Positions 10,835 through 19,425 of a stretch of DNA of 64,000 nt are shown here, in pieces; within the stretch, counting starts at the first letter, position 1; every line of letters starts with the position of its first letter. Made by a program: the position numbers and the translations under genes. Source of the DNA: Acidobacteriota bacterium (GTDB lineage Bacteria; Acidobacteriota; UBA6911; RPQK01; JAJDTT01); the NCBI GenBank assembly GCA_965263035.1, contig OZ253580.1, positions 768,001 to 832,000 of the forward strand. The letters run 5' to 3'. Under the pieces are notes generated by a model that had not been told where the DNA came from, did not search any database, and was given only the letters and a program-made list of their open reading frames with translations.

Positions 10835-10927
10835 TGCGGCAAATCAGAAATTCACCCTCCATGGCGTACCGTCCCGGCGACAGCCGATAGACGCATCCCG
10901 GCCCCTAGTCCAAAGCATGGGATTCCG

Positions 10928-12073
10928 ATGAAGATTCAGGACATCCGTCTGCTGCCGCTCCGCGGCGAAACTCCCGATGGCGGATGGGATGACAAGTTTT
11001 CCGATCTCGAGAACAACCTGCACACGCTGGTCGAGGTCATTACCGACGAAGGCGTGACCGGAGTGGGCAGCGTATTCACTTCGGAACGGCTGATCCGGGG
11101 CGCCATCGAAGTGATGCGGCCGTTCCTGATCGGCGCCTCCGCTCTGGATCCGACGGCGACTTCCGAAACTTGCCACCAGCAGACATTCTGGCAGGGCCGC
11201 GGGGGAGCCGTCACCCATGCCGTATCGGGCATCGACATCGCTCTCTGGGACATTCTCGGCAAGGTCACCGGCCAGCCCATCAGCCGGCTCCTGGGAGGCC
11301 GCTACCGCGATCACGTCAAACCGTACGGTTCCCTGCTGATGGATGAACCCGAAATCCTGCGAGCCTCGCTGGAAGACGGGCTCAGCCGGGGATTCCGGGC
11401 CTTCAAGATCGGGTGGGGCCCGTTCGGCCGCCGCGACCGGCAGACCGATGAAGCCATCGTCAAGGCCGCGCGCGAAACGGTGGGTCCCGGTATCGAATTG
11501 ATGGTGGACGCCGGCGGTTCGGATGCCTTCTGGCCTCACGGCTACAAATGGGGACTGCAGACCGCGCGGATGCTGGCGGACCACGAGATTGCCTGGTTCG
11601 AGGAACCGTTGCGGCCGGATGATCTCGAGGGTTACGTGAAATTGACCGAAAACGCGCCGCTGCCCATTTCCGGCTGTGAAGTCTTCACCCGGCGGCAGTC
11701 ATTTATCGAGTGGATCGAACGGAGAGCCGTGGACTATATCCAGCCCGACGTCACCAAAGTCGGCGGAATCAGCGAGGAATTTCGCATTGCCCAGTATGCG
11801 GACGATCACTCGATCCGTTTCGTTCCCCACGGCTGGAATACGGCGATTGGCCTGGCAGCGGACCTGCAACTCGTCGCGGCCGTCCCCTGTGCTCGCTGGG
11901 TCGAATACATTACGCCGGCCCCCTACATCGAAGAGCTGCTGGCCGTTCCGATTCATCCCGACGAAGACGGCATGATTCCCATTCCGGACGGTCCCGGTCT
12001 CGGGCTGGAGTGGAACCCGGACGGTATTGCCCGGTTTACCGGTGGAATGCAGTTGACGCCCTCTTCGATTTAG
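10928..12073 (+). CDS. Mandelate racemase/muconate lactonizing enzyme family protein (enolase superfamily)
   Basis: LVEVITDEGVTGVG, IDIALWDILGK, metal ligands in VDAG/FEEP/GCE, QPDVTKVGGI, PHGW, GPGLG. Confidence 0.9.
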   Translation: MKIQDIRLLPLRGETPDGGWDDKFSDLENNLHTLVEVITDEGVTGVGSVFTSERLIRGAIEVMRPFLIGASALDPTATSETCHQQTFWQGRGGAVTHAVSGIDIALWDILGKVTGQPISRLLGGRYRDHVKPYGSLLMDEPEILRASLEDGLSRGFRAFKIGWGPFGRRDRQTDEAIVKAARETVGPGIELMVDAGGSDAFWPHGYKWGLQTARMLADHEIAWFEEPLRPDDLEGYVKLTENAPLPISGCEVFTRRQSFIEWIERRAVDYIQPDVTKVGGISEEFRIAQYADDHSIRFVPHGWNTAIGLAADLQLVAAVPCARWVEYITPAPYIEELLAVPIHPDEDGMIPIPDGPGLGLEWNPDGIARFTGGMQLTPSSI

Positions 12074-13008
12074 TAGAGCGCCGCCACGCCGCCCTCAAGT
12101 TGGTGGAGGAGCCGAACTTCATCGTCGCTGAGGGCTCTGTCAAACACGGCCAGCTCATCGAACAGGCCGACGTAGTTGATCCCCAACCTGATCGTACTGG
12201 CGGGAAGATCCCAGGTGAACGGTTCCTGAATCCCTTCGGTGGCCCCCTGTAGACGGCCGTCGAGATAGAGCCGGGCCGTCCCGCCGGCCTCATTGTTCAG
12301 GCCGGTGTAGGTGATCACGATGTGGGTCCAACTGCCGCGCGTGAACGGAGGACGTGTGACCGCAACCAGTCGGTTCATGAAATCGGGATTGTCATTTGGG
12401 GAGATTTTCTGCGGATTCCAAATCTCGAGATCCCCGAAGACTCCAAGTCTGAAATCCCGCGGCGGGTCCTTGCTGAAGTCCACCCAGATCGCAGCGTCGT
12501 TGTAGGCGCTGTCCGTCACCTGGATGGGATCGCAATAGCCGGGCTCGAGATCCTCGTCCGGATCCAGATTGAGCCAGAAAGAGATGGTGCCGGCCCAGTC
12601 TTCGGTTGAGTAGGCTACGTTCTTCTCGGACCTGTAGAACAGGGCGCTCTTGTGGCTCCGCTTGAAATTGAGTGCGTCTCCATAGCGGCCCACACCGTTT
12701 TCCAGGGCGATGTCCGGATTGCCGATGCCGGCCGATGCCGAATCGAGCTGGTCGTACTTCGGTGCCGAGTAGATCTGCGAATCGCCACGGGAGAAATCGG
12801 CGTCCACGCCCTGGTCAAAGGAGGCATGAAAGCTGAGGGCCTCGCTCAGGCCGTCAATTGGCGACGACGGCTCTTCCTTCACTTCGGCCGGGTCCGAAAC
12901 GGAACAGCCTGCGGTCCCGATCACGATCAGGAGCCAGGGAAGGCACCCTCTGAGACCGGCGAGTCGATACGGCATGATTCTTTCTCTCCGTTCCTCGGAT
13001 CGGCTCAC
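12070..13008 (-). CDS. LamG/concanavalin-A-like jelly-roll lipoprotein
   Basis: Lipobox TAGC, GTISFW, WTHIVITY, LYLDG, FDELAVFDRALSDDEV. Start is either GTG 13008 or ATG 12975. Confidence 0.8.
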   Translation of the reverse strand: MSRSEERRERIMPYRLAGLRGCLPWLLIVIGTAGCSVSDPAEVKEEPSSPIDGLSEALSFHASFDQGVDADFSRGDSQIYSAPKYDQLDSASAGIGNPDIALENGVGRYGDALNFKRSHKSALFYRSEKNVAYSTEDWAGTISFWLNLDPDEDLEPGYCDPIQVTDSAYNDAAIWVDFSKDPPRDFRLGVFGDLEIWNPQKISPNDNPDFMNRLVAVTRPPFTRGSWTHIVITYTGLNNEAGGTARLYLDGRLQGATEGIQEPFTWDLPASTIRLGINYVGLFDELAVFDRALSDDEVRLLHQLEGGVAALY

Positions 13009-13039
13009 ACCTTCAACTCTCAGTTGAAACCGGCGAGCC

Positions 13040-14452
13040 TCAACCGTCGCTCTCCAGCCGCTTGCCGACCACCAGGATCAGGGTTGATATCAACACGCCA
13101 ATCAGCACCGGGTCGAACACCCAGATGAAAAAGCTGGCTCCCGCCTTGAGCTCCCGGGGCGTGACGGCCTGAGCGACGATGACCGCCACCGCACTGACCG
13201 TCAGCGCGGTCAACACCGTCCGGGTTTTCTTGCGCATCGACGGGAAAAGAAGGATGGCGATCAGGACCGGCGACAGCGAGCCCGCCACCAGCCGGCCCCC
13301 GGCAAAGAAGAGCTCCAACAGAAGCGGAATGTAGTAGTAGGTGACGCAAGCCAGAACCGCGGTCAGCAGAATACTCAGTCGGGACACCAGGAGCATCCGC
13401 GACGCGCCGGCGTGGGGATCGATGAACCTCTGATAGATGTCCACGGTCACGTTCGATCCCATGGTCCCGATGGTGGAACTCAAGGTCGACATGTTGGCGC
13501 TCAGGATGGCAATGAAAATGATGCTCCCCAGATAGGGCCCCGCCAACTGACCGGAAAGATTCAAGAAAACCTGGTCGGCTTCGACGTCCTTACCGAAAAA
13601 AGCGATCCCGACCAGGCCCAGCAGGGCCGGAATGATGTACCACAATATGGTCAGGAACCCGCCATAGATGAACCCTCGGCGCGCCACTGCGGCGCTGGAT
13701 GCCGAAAAGGCTCTCTGCGCCAGACTCTGGTACCCGCAGGCCAGGAAGAAGCCCATGGAGAACCAGCCCAGGATCTCCAGTGCGTCGAAGTTGCCCGTGA
13801 AGGAGAACAGCGCCGGCTCGTCGACCTTCTCCACCATTGCCCCCAGACCGCCCAGATTCATAATGGACAGGACGAGAAGCAGCACCGTCCCGAGCACGAT
13901 GATGAAGAACTGGATCGCATCGGTGAGCAGAACCGCCCACATCCCCCCCAGCGCCACGTAGAGGACGGTGATGAAATAGGTCAGCACGAGGGCGGTGAAG
14001 ATGCTGATATCGAGCGCCGAGGAAGTCACGATGGCGGTGGCGCCGATGGTCCCCGCCGTGGCGCCGAAATCACGCAGCATCGCCACGAACAGCGCCACCA
14101 GGCGATGCGTCGGACCGAAGAAGCGCTCCAGGATCTGAGGAGTGGTGATGACCCGGAGCTTCCACATTCGGGGAATGAGAAAGATCCCGATCCACAAGGT
14201 GCCAATCCCGACGGCGCTGGTGTGCCAATAGGAGCTGAGACCGAAGCTCTTGCCGAAACCGGTAATGGTGATCAGGGTCACGCCGTTGATCCAGGTGGCG
14301 GCCACCGAGCAGGCGATCAGCCAGGGGCCCACGCTCCGGCCGGCGACGGTCATGTCCTCATAGGTCGTAACGCGCCGCTTCGCGCTCCAGACGCCGATCC
14401 CCAACACGACCATCAGGTAGACGGCGACCAGAGGCCAGAGGATCTCGTTCAT
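13040..14452 (-). CDS. Sodium:solute symporter (SSS) family transporter
   Basis: Many hydrophobic segments; AGRSVG, SVAATWING, YVALGGMWAVLLTDAIQF, QRAFSA, SANMSTLSS. Confidence 0.88.
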   Translation of the reverse strand: MNEILWPLVAVYLMVVLGIGVWSAKRRVTTYEDMTVAGRSVGPWLIACSVAATWINGVTLITITGFGKSFGLSSYWHTSAVGIGTLWIGIFLIPRMWKLRVITTPQILERFFGPTHRLVALFVAMLRDFGATAGTIGATAIVTSSALDISIFTALVLTYFITVLYVALGGMWAVLLTDAIQFFIIVLGTVLLLVLSIMNLGGLGAMVEKVDEPALFSFTGNFDALEILGWFSMGFFLACGYQSLAQRAFSASSAAVARRGFIYGGFLTILWYIIPALLGLVGIAFFGKDVEADQVFLNLSGQLAGPYLGSIIFIAILSANMSTLSSTIGTMGSNVTVDIYQRFIDPHAGASRMLLVSRLSILLTAVLACVTYYYIPLLLELFFAGGRLVAGSLSPVLIAILLFPSMRKKTRTVLTALTVSAVAVIVAQAVTPRELKAGASFFIWVFDPVLIGVLISTLILVVGKRLESDG

Positions 14453-14613
14453 GGAGAAACCAGGTGAAACAGAAGAATCCAGAAGATATAGAAGAGGCCC
14501 ACTCCCAGGAATATGAGGATGAATCCGATCACCGCACTCCGCCAGGAGGGCTCGTTCCGATCGAGTTGAGCCAAGTTCACCGAAGAATCGCGTTGGCGGC
14601 CGGCTTTGTCCAT
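14449..14613 (-). CDS. Small single-TM membrane protein (54 aa), probable SSS accessory subunit
   Basis: Hand translation MDKAGRQRDSSVNLAQLDRNEPSWRSAVIGFILIFLGVGLFYIFWILLFHLVSP*. Its stop overlaps the symporter start (ATGA). Not in the supplied ORF track. Confidence 0.65.
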   Translation of the reverse strand: MDKAGRQRDSSVNLAQLDRNEPSWRSAVIGFILIFLGVGLFYIFWILLFHLVSP

Positions 14614-15385
14614 GAGTCGAACCTACATCTGAGGAATGAGCGTGACCGGAAGGTCGTCACGCCCTTCGCGGGCCGCGTAGGGCCCGTCACGCCGATAACG
14701 CTCGGCAGCCTTTCCTACCGCCTCCCGGTCCAGCTCAACTCCGATCCCGGGGCCGTGTGGAATCTCCACGCAGCCCTGCTCGATCTTGGGCGGGCCTCCC
14801 CGGATGATATCGTCCTCCCGCATCATGAGATAGCTCTGATTGGCGTAGAGGAAGTTGGGGCTGGAGGCGGCAACATGGAAGCCCGCGAAGTGACCGACGC
14901 TGGTTTCTCCCCAGGAATGATGATTGACCCCGACGCCGTAGGCTTCGGCCAACGCCGCTGCCTTCTTGTAGAAGAGCAACCCGCCCATCTGCCACTGATC
15001 GATGACCAAAACGTCGGCCGCGTTGGCCTGCAGGATTCGCTTGGCGTCGTACAGGGTCCATGACGACTGATTGGCGGCGATGGGGGTGTTGACCGAGCGT
15101 CGAACGTGGGCCAGGGCGTTCAGATCGTTGATGATCACCGGCTCTTCGACCCACTCCAGATCGAATTTCTCCATCTGTTTGATGAAGCGGATCGCCGTAC
15201 CCGGGGTCCAGGCCTCGTTGGCGTCAACCCGGATGTTGGCATTCGTCCCGACGGCGTCACGGACCGCTTCAATGGCGGCGATGTCGCCGTTCATATCGCC
15301 CCCGACCTTGAAGAAGGGGATTATATACAATAGTGACGAGAAATGTCAGCGCCATGCTGTATAGTGTTAGCTGTAAGGGGTTGAT

Positions 15386-16333
15386 ATGAAAAGACATAAG
15401 GCACCTGGAAAGCACTTCCGTCAGGGACTCTCGGTGAGTCAGTTCTTTGCCAAGTTCCCGAACGACAAGGCGGCAGAAGCATGGGTCGCGAAGAAGCGGT
15501 GGCCCGATGAGGTCTGCTGCGCCCGTTGCGGATCGGTCAACGTTCAGACCCAGACCAAGCACCGGACGATGCCTTATCGCTGCCGTGAAAAGGAGTGCGG
15601 TAAGTGGTTCAGCGTCAAGACCGGGACGCCCATGGCTTGCTCCAAACTTGGGTGCCGGAGCTGGCTCTATGCCATCTATGTCGTCTCGACTCACCTGAAG
15701 GGTGTCTCCAGTATGAAACTGCATCGTGATCTTGGCATCACTCAGAAGTCGGCATGGCACCTGATTCACCGGATTCGGGAGACCTGGAACGACGACCCGA
15801 CGATCCGATTCTTCGGCCCGGTCGAGGCGGACGAATCGTATTTCGGTGGCAAGCGTCGGAATATGAGCAACCAGAAACGGAAGCAACTGACGGGACGCGG
15901 GCCGGTGGGCAAAACGGCGGTTGTGGGACTCAAGGACCGGCAGACCAACGAGGTCCGGGCCCAGGTTGTCGAGGACACAACGGCCAAGACCCTCCAGGGT
16001 TACGTGCTGGACAACACGCAGCTTGGAACGACGGTTTACACGGATGACGCCCGCCCATATTCTTCTCTGAAGAACCATGAAACGGTCCGTCATTCAGCCC
16101 TGGAATTCGTCAGGGGTCCGGTTCACACCAATGGCGTCGAGTCGTTCTGGTCGATGCTCAAAAGGGCGCACACTGGAACTTTCCACAAGATTTCCAGAGC
16201 GCATCTTCACCGCTACATCGGGGAGTTTGCAGGCCGTCACAACATGAGAAACAAGGACACGCTGGACCAGATGGCTCACGTCATCGGCCGGATGAACGGG
16301 AAGTGGCTGCGTTACAAGGACCTGGTGGGGTGA
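15386..16333 (+). CDS. IS1595-family DDE transposase
   Basis: Zn ribbon CARCGS...CREKECGKWFSVKTGT, HTH KGVSSMKLHRDLGITQKSAW, catalytic VEADESYFGG / YTDD / HTNGVESFW. Confidence 0.95.
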   Translation: MKRHKAPGKHFRQGLSVSQFFAKFPNDKAAEAWVAKKRWPDEVCCARCGSVNVQTQTKHRTMPYRCREKECGKWFSVKTGTPMACSKLGCRSWLYAIYVVSTHLKGVSSMKLHRDLGITQKSAWHLIHRIRETWNDDPTIRFFGPVEADESYFGGKRRNMSNQKRKQLTGRGPVGKTAVVGLKDRQTNEVRAQVVEDTTAKTLQGYVLDNTQLGTTVYTDDARPYSSLKNHETVRHSALEFVRGPVHTNGVESFWSMLKRAHTGTFHKISRAHLHRYIGEFAGRHNMRNKDTLDQMAHVIGRMNGKWLRYKDLVG

Positions 16334-16557
16334 GCCTGGAGCCTGGGAGGTTAATTTACGGAGACGGTTTGGACTGGAGGTCCCAGTGGGATGACCAGTG
16401 CGTTGACCTGATTTACCTGGACCCCCCTTTCAACTCGAATCAAGATTACAATATTCTGTATTCAGACCAGGGCGGAGACCTCGCCCCATTCCGGGCGTTT
16501 GCCGAACGTGGTCGATTGCGGAATCCTTTGACCACAGGTTTCCAGCACTTCCCCTGA
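16330..16557 (+). pseudogene. N-terminal fragment of an N6-adenine/N4-cytosine DNA methyltransferase (IS passenger)
   Basis: GTG overlaps the transposase stop (GTGA). LIYGDGLD...VDLIYLDPPFNSNQDYN is motif IV (DPPF); the ORF ends after 75 aa with no SAM-binding FxGxG motif. Confidence 0.75.
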
Positions 16558-16615
16558 TGACACACCCCTACGCGGGAAAGCCGCTATCCACACAACGCAG
16601 CCTGCTGGACTGCAC

Positions 16616-16792
16616 ATGAAACGCCAACGGCCCAAGCCCCGAAAGGTCAAACTGGTGAAGTCGTCCTATCAACCCTCCAAGGTGGAACTGGAGGAGGAAG
16701 TCAAACTGGACTGTTCCTTCGATGAGTTGTTCCAAGCCATGTTCCAACCCGTTGATGTTGAGTGGATTGAACGGCCGGAGAAGAGGGATTGA
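16616..16792 (+). CDS. Small hypothetical IS passenger protein (58 aa)
   Basis: Hand translation MKRQRPKPRKVKLVKSSYQPSKVELEEEVKLDCSFDELFQAMFQPVDVEWIERPEKRD*, ending 11 bp before TIR-R. Confidence 0.5.
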   Translation: MKRQRPKPRKVKLVKSSYQPSKVELEEEVKLDCSFDELFQAMFQPVDVEWIERPEKRD

Positions 16793-17379
16793 GGGCCAGG
16801 GTTTCGTCACTTTTGTACATAATCCCCTTGAAGAAGATGGTCTGGTAGCCCTCGGAAACCGCTTGCCTGGCCCTCCGGACCATCTCGTCCAGGGGGAAGC
16901 GGAGAAGATAGTAGAAGATCGGAATGCGCTCCCGAAGCAACCCCCCGAGCAGGTAGTAGAGCGGTTGGCCGGACACCTTCCCCATGATGTCCCAGAGAGC
17001 GGTTTCGACTCCTCCCATCATCACGTTTCCGACACGTTCGAAAAAACTCCAGTTCCCGAGGCTCTTCAGATCATTGAGAATGCGCTCGATGTTTCTGGGA
17101 TCCCGTCCCAGCAAGAACGGCTTGGCGGACAGGATGGCCGCTTCGATGACTTGTGAGTTGGGCCGGCAGATGCACTCTCCCAGCCCCGTGATGCCTTCGT
17201 CGGTCTCCACTTCAATGAGAATTTCGGTCGTCCCCAAGCGATAACCGGTGGACACGAACTCCGGCTCTCTGTGGGGGAGATTCAAGAAAGTCGTCTTGAT
17301 GTCGCTGATCTTCAAGAAACGTCCTTTCAGGACAATATTTGACCGGTGACGGCGATTGCGGCCGGTTCTTTACCCTGTT

Positions 17380-19167
17380 TCAACGAGGAATGACGGGAAG
17401 AACCAGTGCCGACGGGTACTGGCCATCATGGTGGATGGTCTGCTCCGCAATTTTCGTTTCGGCGCTGGCGCCCAGGCGATTGCCCGTATTCAAATTTCTC
17501 GCATAGCGGGGGAAATTGCTGCTGGAGATCTCGAGCCGGATTCGGTGACCCGCTTTGAAGACGGTGCTGGTCTCCCAGAGACTGATGCGATACTCATATA
17601 TCTTCCCCGGTTCGATCAGGCTCGGGTTCTCGAGAGACTCCCGGAAGGCAGCCCGCTGAATCCCTTCGCAGATATGGATGGCCCGTCCATCCGGATAGAC
17701 GTCAGTCAGCGTTGCAGTGAAATCCGTGTCCTTGGCGGTTGAGGCCGCGTACAGCCTCAACTCCACCGGTCCGGTAACTTCCGTGTCCCGGTCCAGCGGT
17801 GGGCTCGTATACACCAGGACATCGTCTCTTCTCTGGACCGGACGGCGGTCTCTCGGACCCTTCAGATCACCATGGGTCGAAATCTGTCCTCCCAATGTCG
17901 GCACTGGATCATGGGGATTGTATCGGTAGGAATCCGCAGGGGCGGCGGAGAGGTCCGGTTCAGAAGAAAGCCGGCCGTTTCCATGAAGAGAGTTAGCGCT
18001 CCCGCGGCTGGAAAGATAGTAATCCGTCCACTGGGTCCGTTCCAAGGGCCATTCCTGTTCATCCCTCCACCGGTCGTCCCCCATCACGAAGATGCGTATC
18101 GGCGCTTCCTGATCGATCCCGTTTTCGATCCCCTTCAACCAATGGTCATACCATCTCAGGTGGACCGCCCGTAGATCGATGCCGTCGCCAAAAGTGACGC
18201 TTTTTCCATCTGCCATTCGATAGCCGCCGTGAGCCCAGGGACCCACCAGGATCTTGGTTCCTTTCCTTGCAGTCTCCGAGCCGCCTTCCTTGCGCATGCC
18301 TTCGAAGTTGCGAAACGCTTCGTGCACCAAGTTGTCGTACCATCCGCTCATCAGATAGGCCGGGACCGTGATCTGGCCATATTTTTCCTTGACCCCATAG
18401 GACTTCCAATAAGAGTCATAGGTCCAGTGGCTCAGCCACTCCTGGTAGTACGAGCCCTCGGCCAAGTCGTCCAAGGCAGTCATGAGGGGGAGCCGCCGAA
18501 ACACCTCCTCGTAGTTGACGGTCACTTCTCCGTGGGCGAAGCGGGATATGTTGGGCTGCAACGTATGGCCCGCGAGAAACACTCCGGCCATGAAGATCAC
18601 ACCCAGTTGGGGAACTCCGTCGTTGAAGAGATGGCCGAAATTGGTCTGCTGGTTGGACGCCGGGACCATGCATTTCAGATAGGGGCTGCCCAGTGGAGCG
18701 GACATGAGCGCCGTGAAGCCGTCGTAGGATCGTCCGAACGTTCCCACCGCTCCGTTGCACCAGTCTTGCTGTCCCAGCCACTGTTGGGTGTCGTAGCCGT
18801 CTTGCGGTTCATCGACGTAGGGTTCCCACACACCCTCGGAGTCATAGCGTCCCCGCACATCGACCAGGGCGACTCCGTAACCGCGGCGGGCAAAATAGAG
18901 TCCCCAGGGCACCTTCAGCGGGCCGATGTTGTTGCCCCAGTAGGTCCGCAGCAAGAGACAGGGAAACTTCCCGGACGCGTCGGGACGGTAGATGTCCGCA
19001 GAAAGATTGACTCCGTCCCTCATCGGGACCTTCACGTTGATCTTGACTTTAACCGCATACTGCTCAGGGCCGGGTTCCCATCCTGGTTGGGCCGTGGCGG
19101 CGACGATCGAAACAAAAAAGGCCAGAGCCGACAGGATCAGAACCCGGCTCCACGTTCCTGCAAACAT
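17380..19167 (-). CDS. CocE/NonD family serine hydrolase, secreted (paralog 2)
   Basis: Signal peptide; VPMRDGVNLSADIYRP, GRSYDG, GWYD, GPWAH, SSSNFPRYARNLNTG. Confidence 0.9.
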   Translation of the reverse strand: MFAGTWSRVLILSALAFFVSIVAATAQPGWEPGPEQYAVKVKINVKVPMRDGVNLSADIYRPDASGKFPCLLLRTYWGNNIGPLKVPWGLYFARRGYGVALVDVRGRYDSEGVWEPYVDEPQDGYDTQQWLGQQDWCNGAVGTFGRSYDGFTALMSAPLGSPYLKCMVPASNQQTNFGHLFNDGVPQLGVIFMAGVFLAGHTLQPNISRFAHGEVTVNYEEVFRRLPLMTALDDLAEGSYYQEWLSHWTYDSYWKSYGVKEKYGQITVPAYLMSGWYDNLVHEAFRNFEGMRKEGGSETARKGTKILVGPWAHGGYRMADGKSVTFGDGIDLRAVHLRWYDHWLKGIENGIDQEAPIRIFVMGDDRWRDEQEWPLERTQWTDYYLSSRGSANSLHGNGRLSSEPDLSAAPADSYRYNPHDPVPTLGGQISTHGDLKGPRDRRPVQRRDDVLVYTSPPLDRDTEVTGPVELRLYAASTAKDTDFTATLTDVYPDGRAIHICEGIQRAAFRESLENPSLIEPGKIYEYRISLWETSTVFKAGHRIRLEISSSNFPRYARNLNTGNRLGASAETKIAEQTIHHDGQYPSALVLPVIPR

Positions 19168-19288
19168 CTATTCTCCGGAAGTCTTAGGAATGGCTCCGGG
19201 GATGCCAAATGCTTCCCTGGAAACACAAAATTGGCTGGGAGTATAGTATCGGGATCCTGGCTGAAGCAAGGTGGGAGGGGGGACGGTG

Positions 19289-19352
19289 GGAGGGGGGCAT
19301 TCTTGTCCCCCACTCTATCTTCCGGAGGACGGCGGCTGGAAACCGCCGCTCC
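19289..19352. repeat. REP-like inverted doublet (GGAG-headed palindromes)
   Basis: GGAG-GGGGGCATTCTTGTCCCCC (19289-19311) and GGCGGCTGGAAACCGCCG-CTCC (19331-19352): two hairpins with inward-facing GGAG/CTCC tetranucleotides, intergenic. Confidence 0.55.
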
Positions 19353-19425
19353 GCCGTCGCTCCACCGCCGCTCCGTCGCCGCCTTTGAAAGGATCTGCCC
19401 GGTGTCACCAAGACTCGCACGCGTC

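Larger units (their letters stand above)
15316..16827 (+). mobile_element. IS1595-family insertion sequence (1,512 bp) with passenger ORFs
   Basis: TIR-L 15316-15339 GGGGATTATATACAATAGTGACGA; TIR-R 16804-16827, reverse complement GGGGATTATGTACAAAAGTGACGA (22/24 identical). 8-bp TSD TTGAAGAA at 15308-15315 and 16828-16835. Confidence 0.95.
14623..17315 (-). pseudogene. Enolase-superfamily (MR/MLE-like) gene interrupted by an IS1595-family element
   Basis: N-part 16828-17315 (TTG start; ETDEGITGLGE, ETALWDIMGK) and C-part 14623-15315 (VDANEAW, VEEP, GPGIGVELD). Removing the IS and one TSD restores an in-frame join YQTIFFKVGGD. Confidence 0.9.

Noticed and set aside
18229-19425. N-terminal 400 aa of the 838-aa ORF as a large fusion protein
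   Set aside because: It is the antisense shadow of the CocE gene plus intergenic repeat sequence; protein-like sequence starts near 19400.
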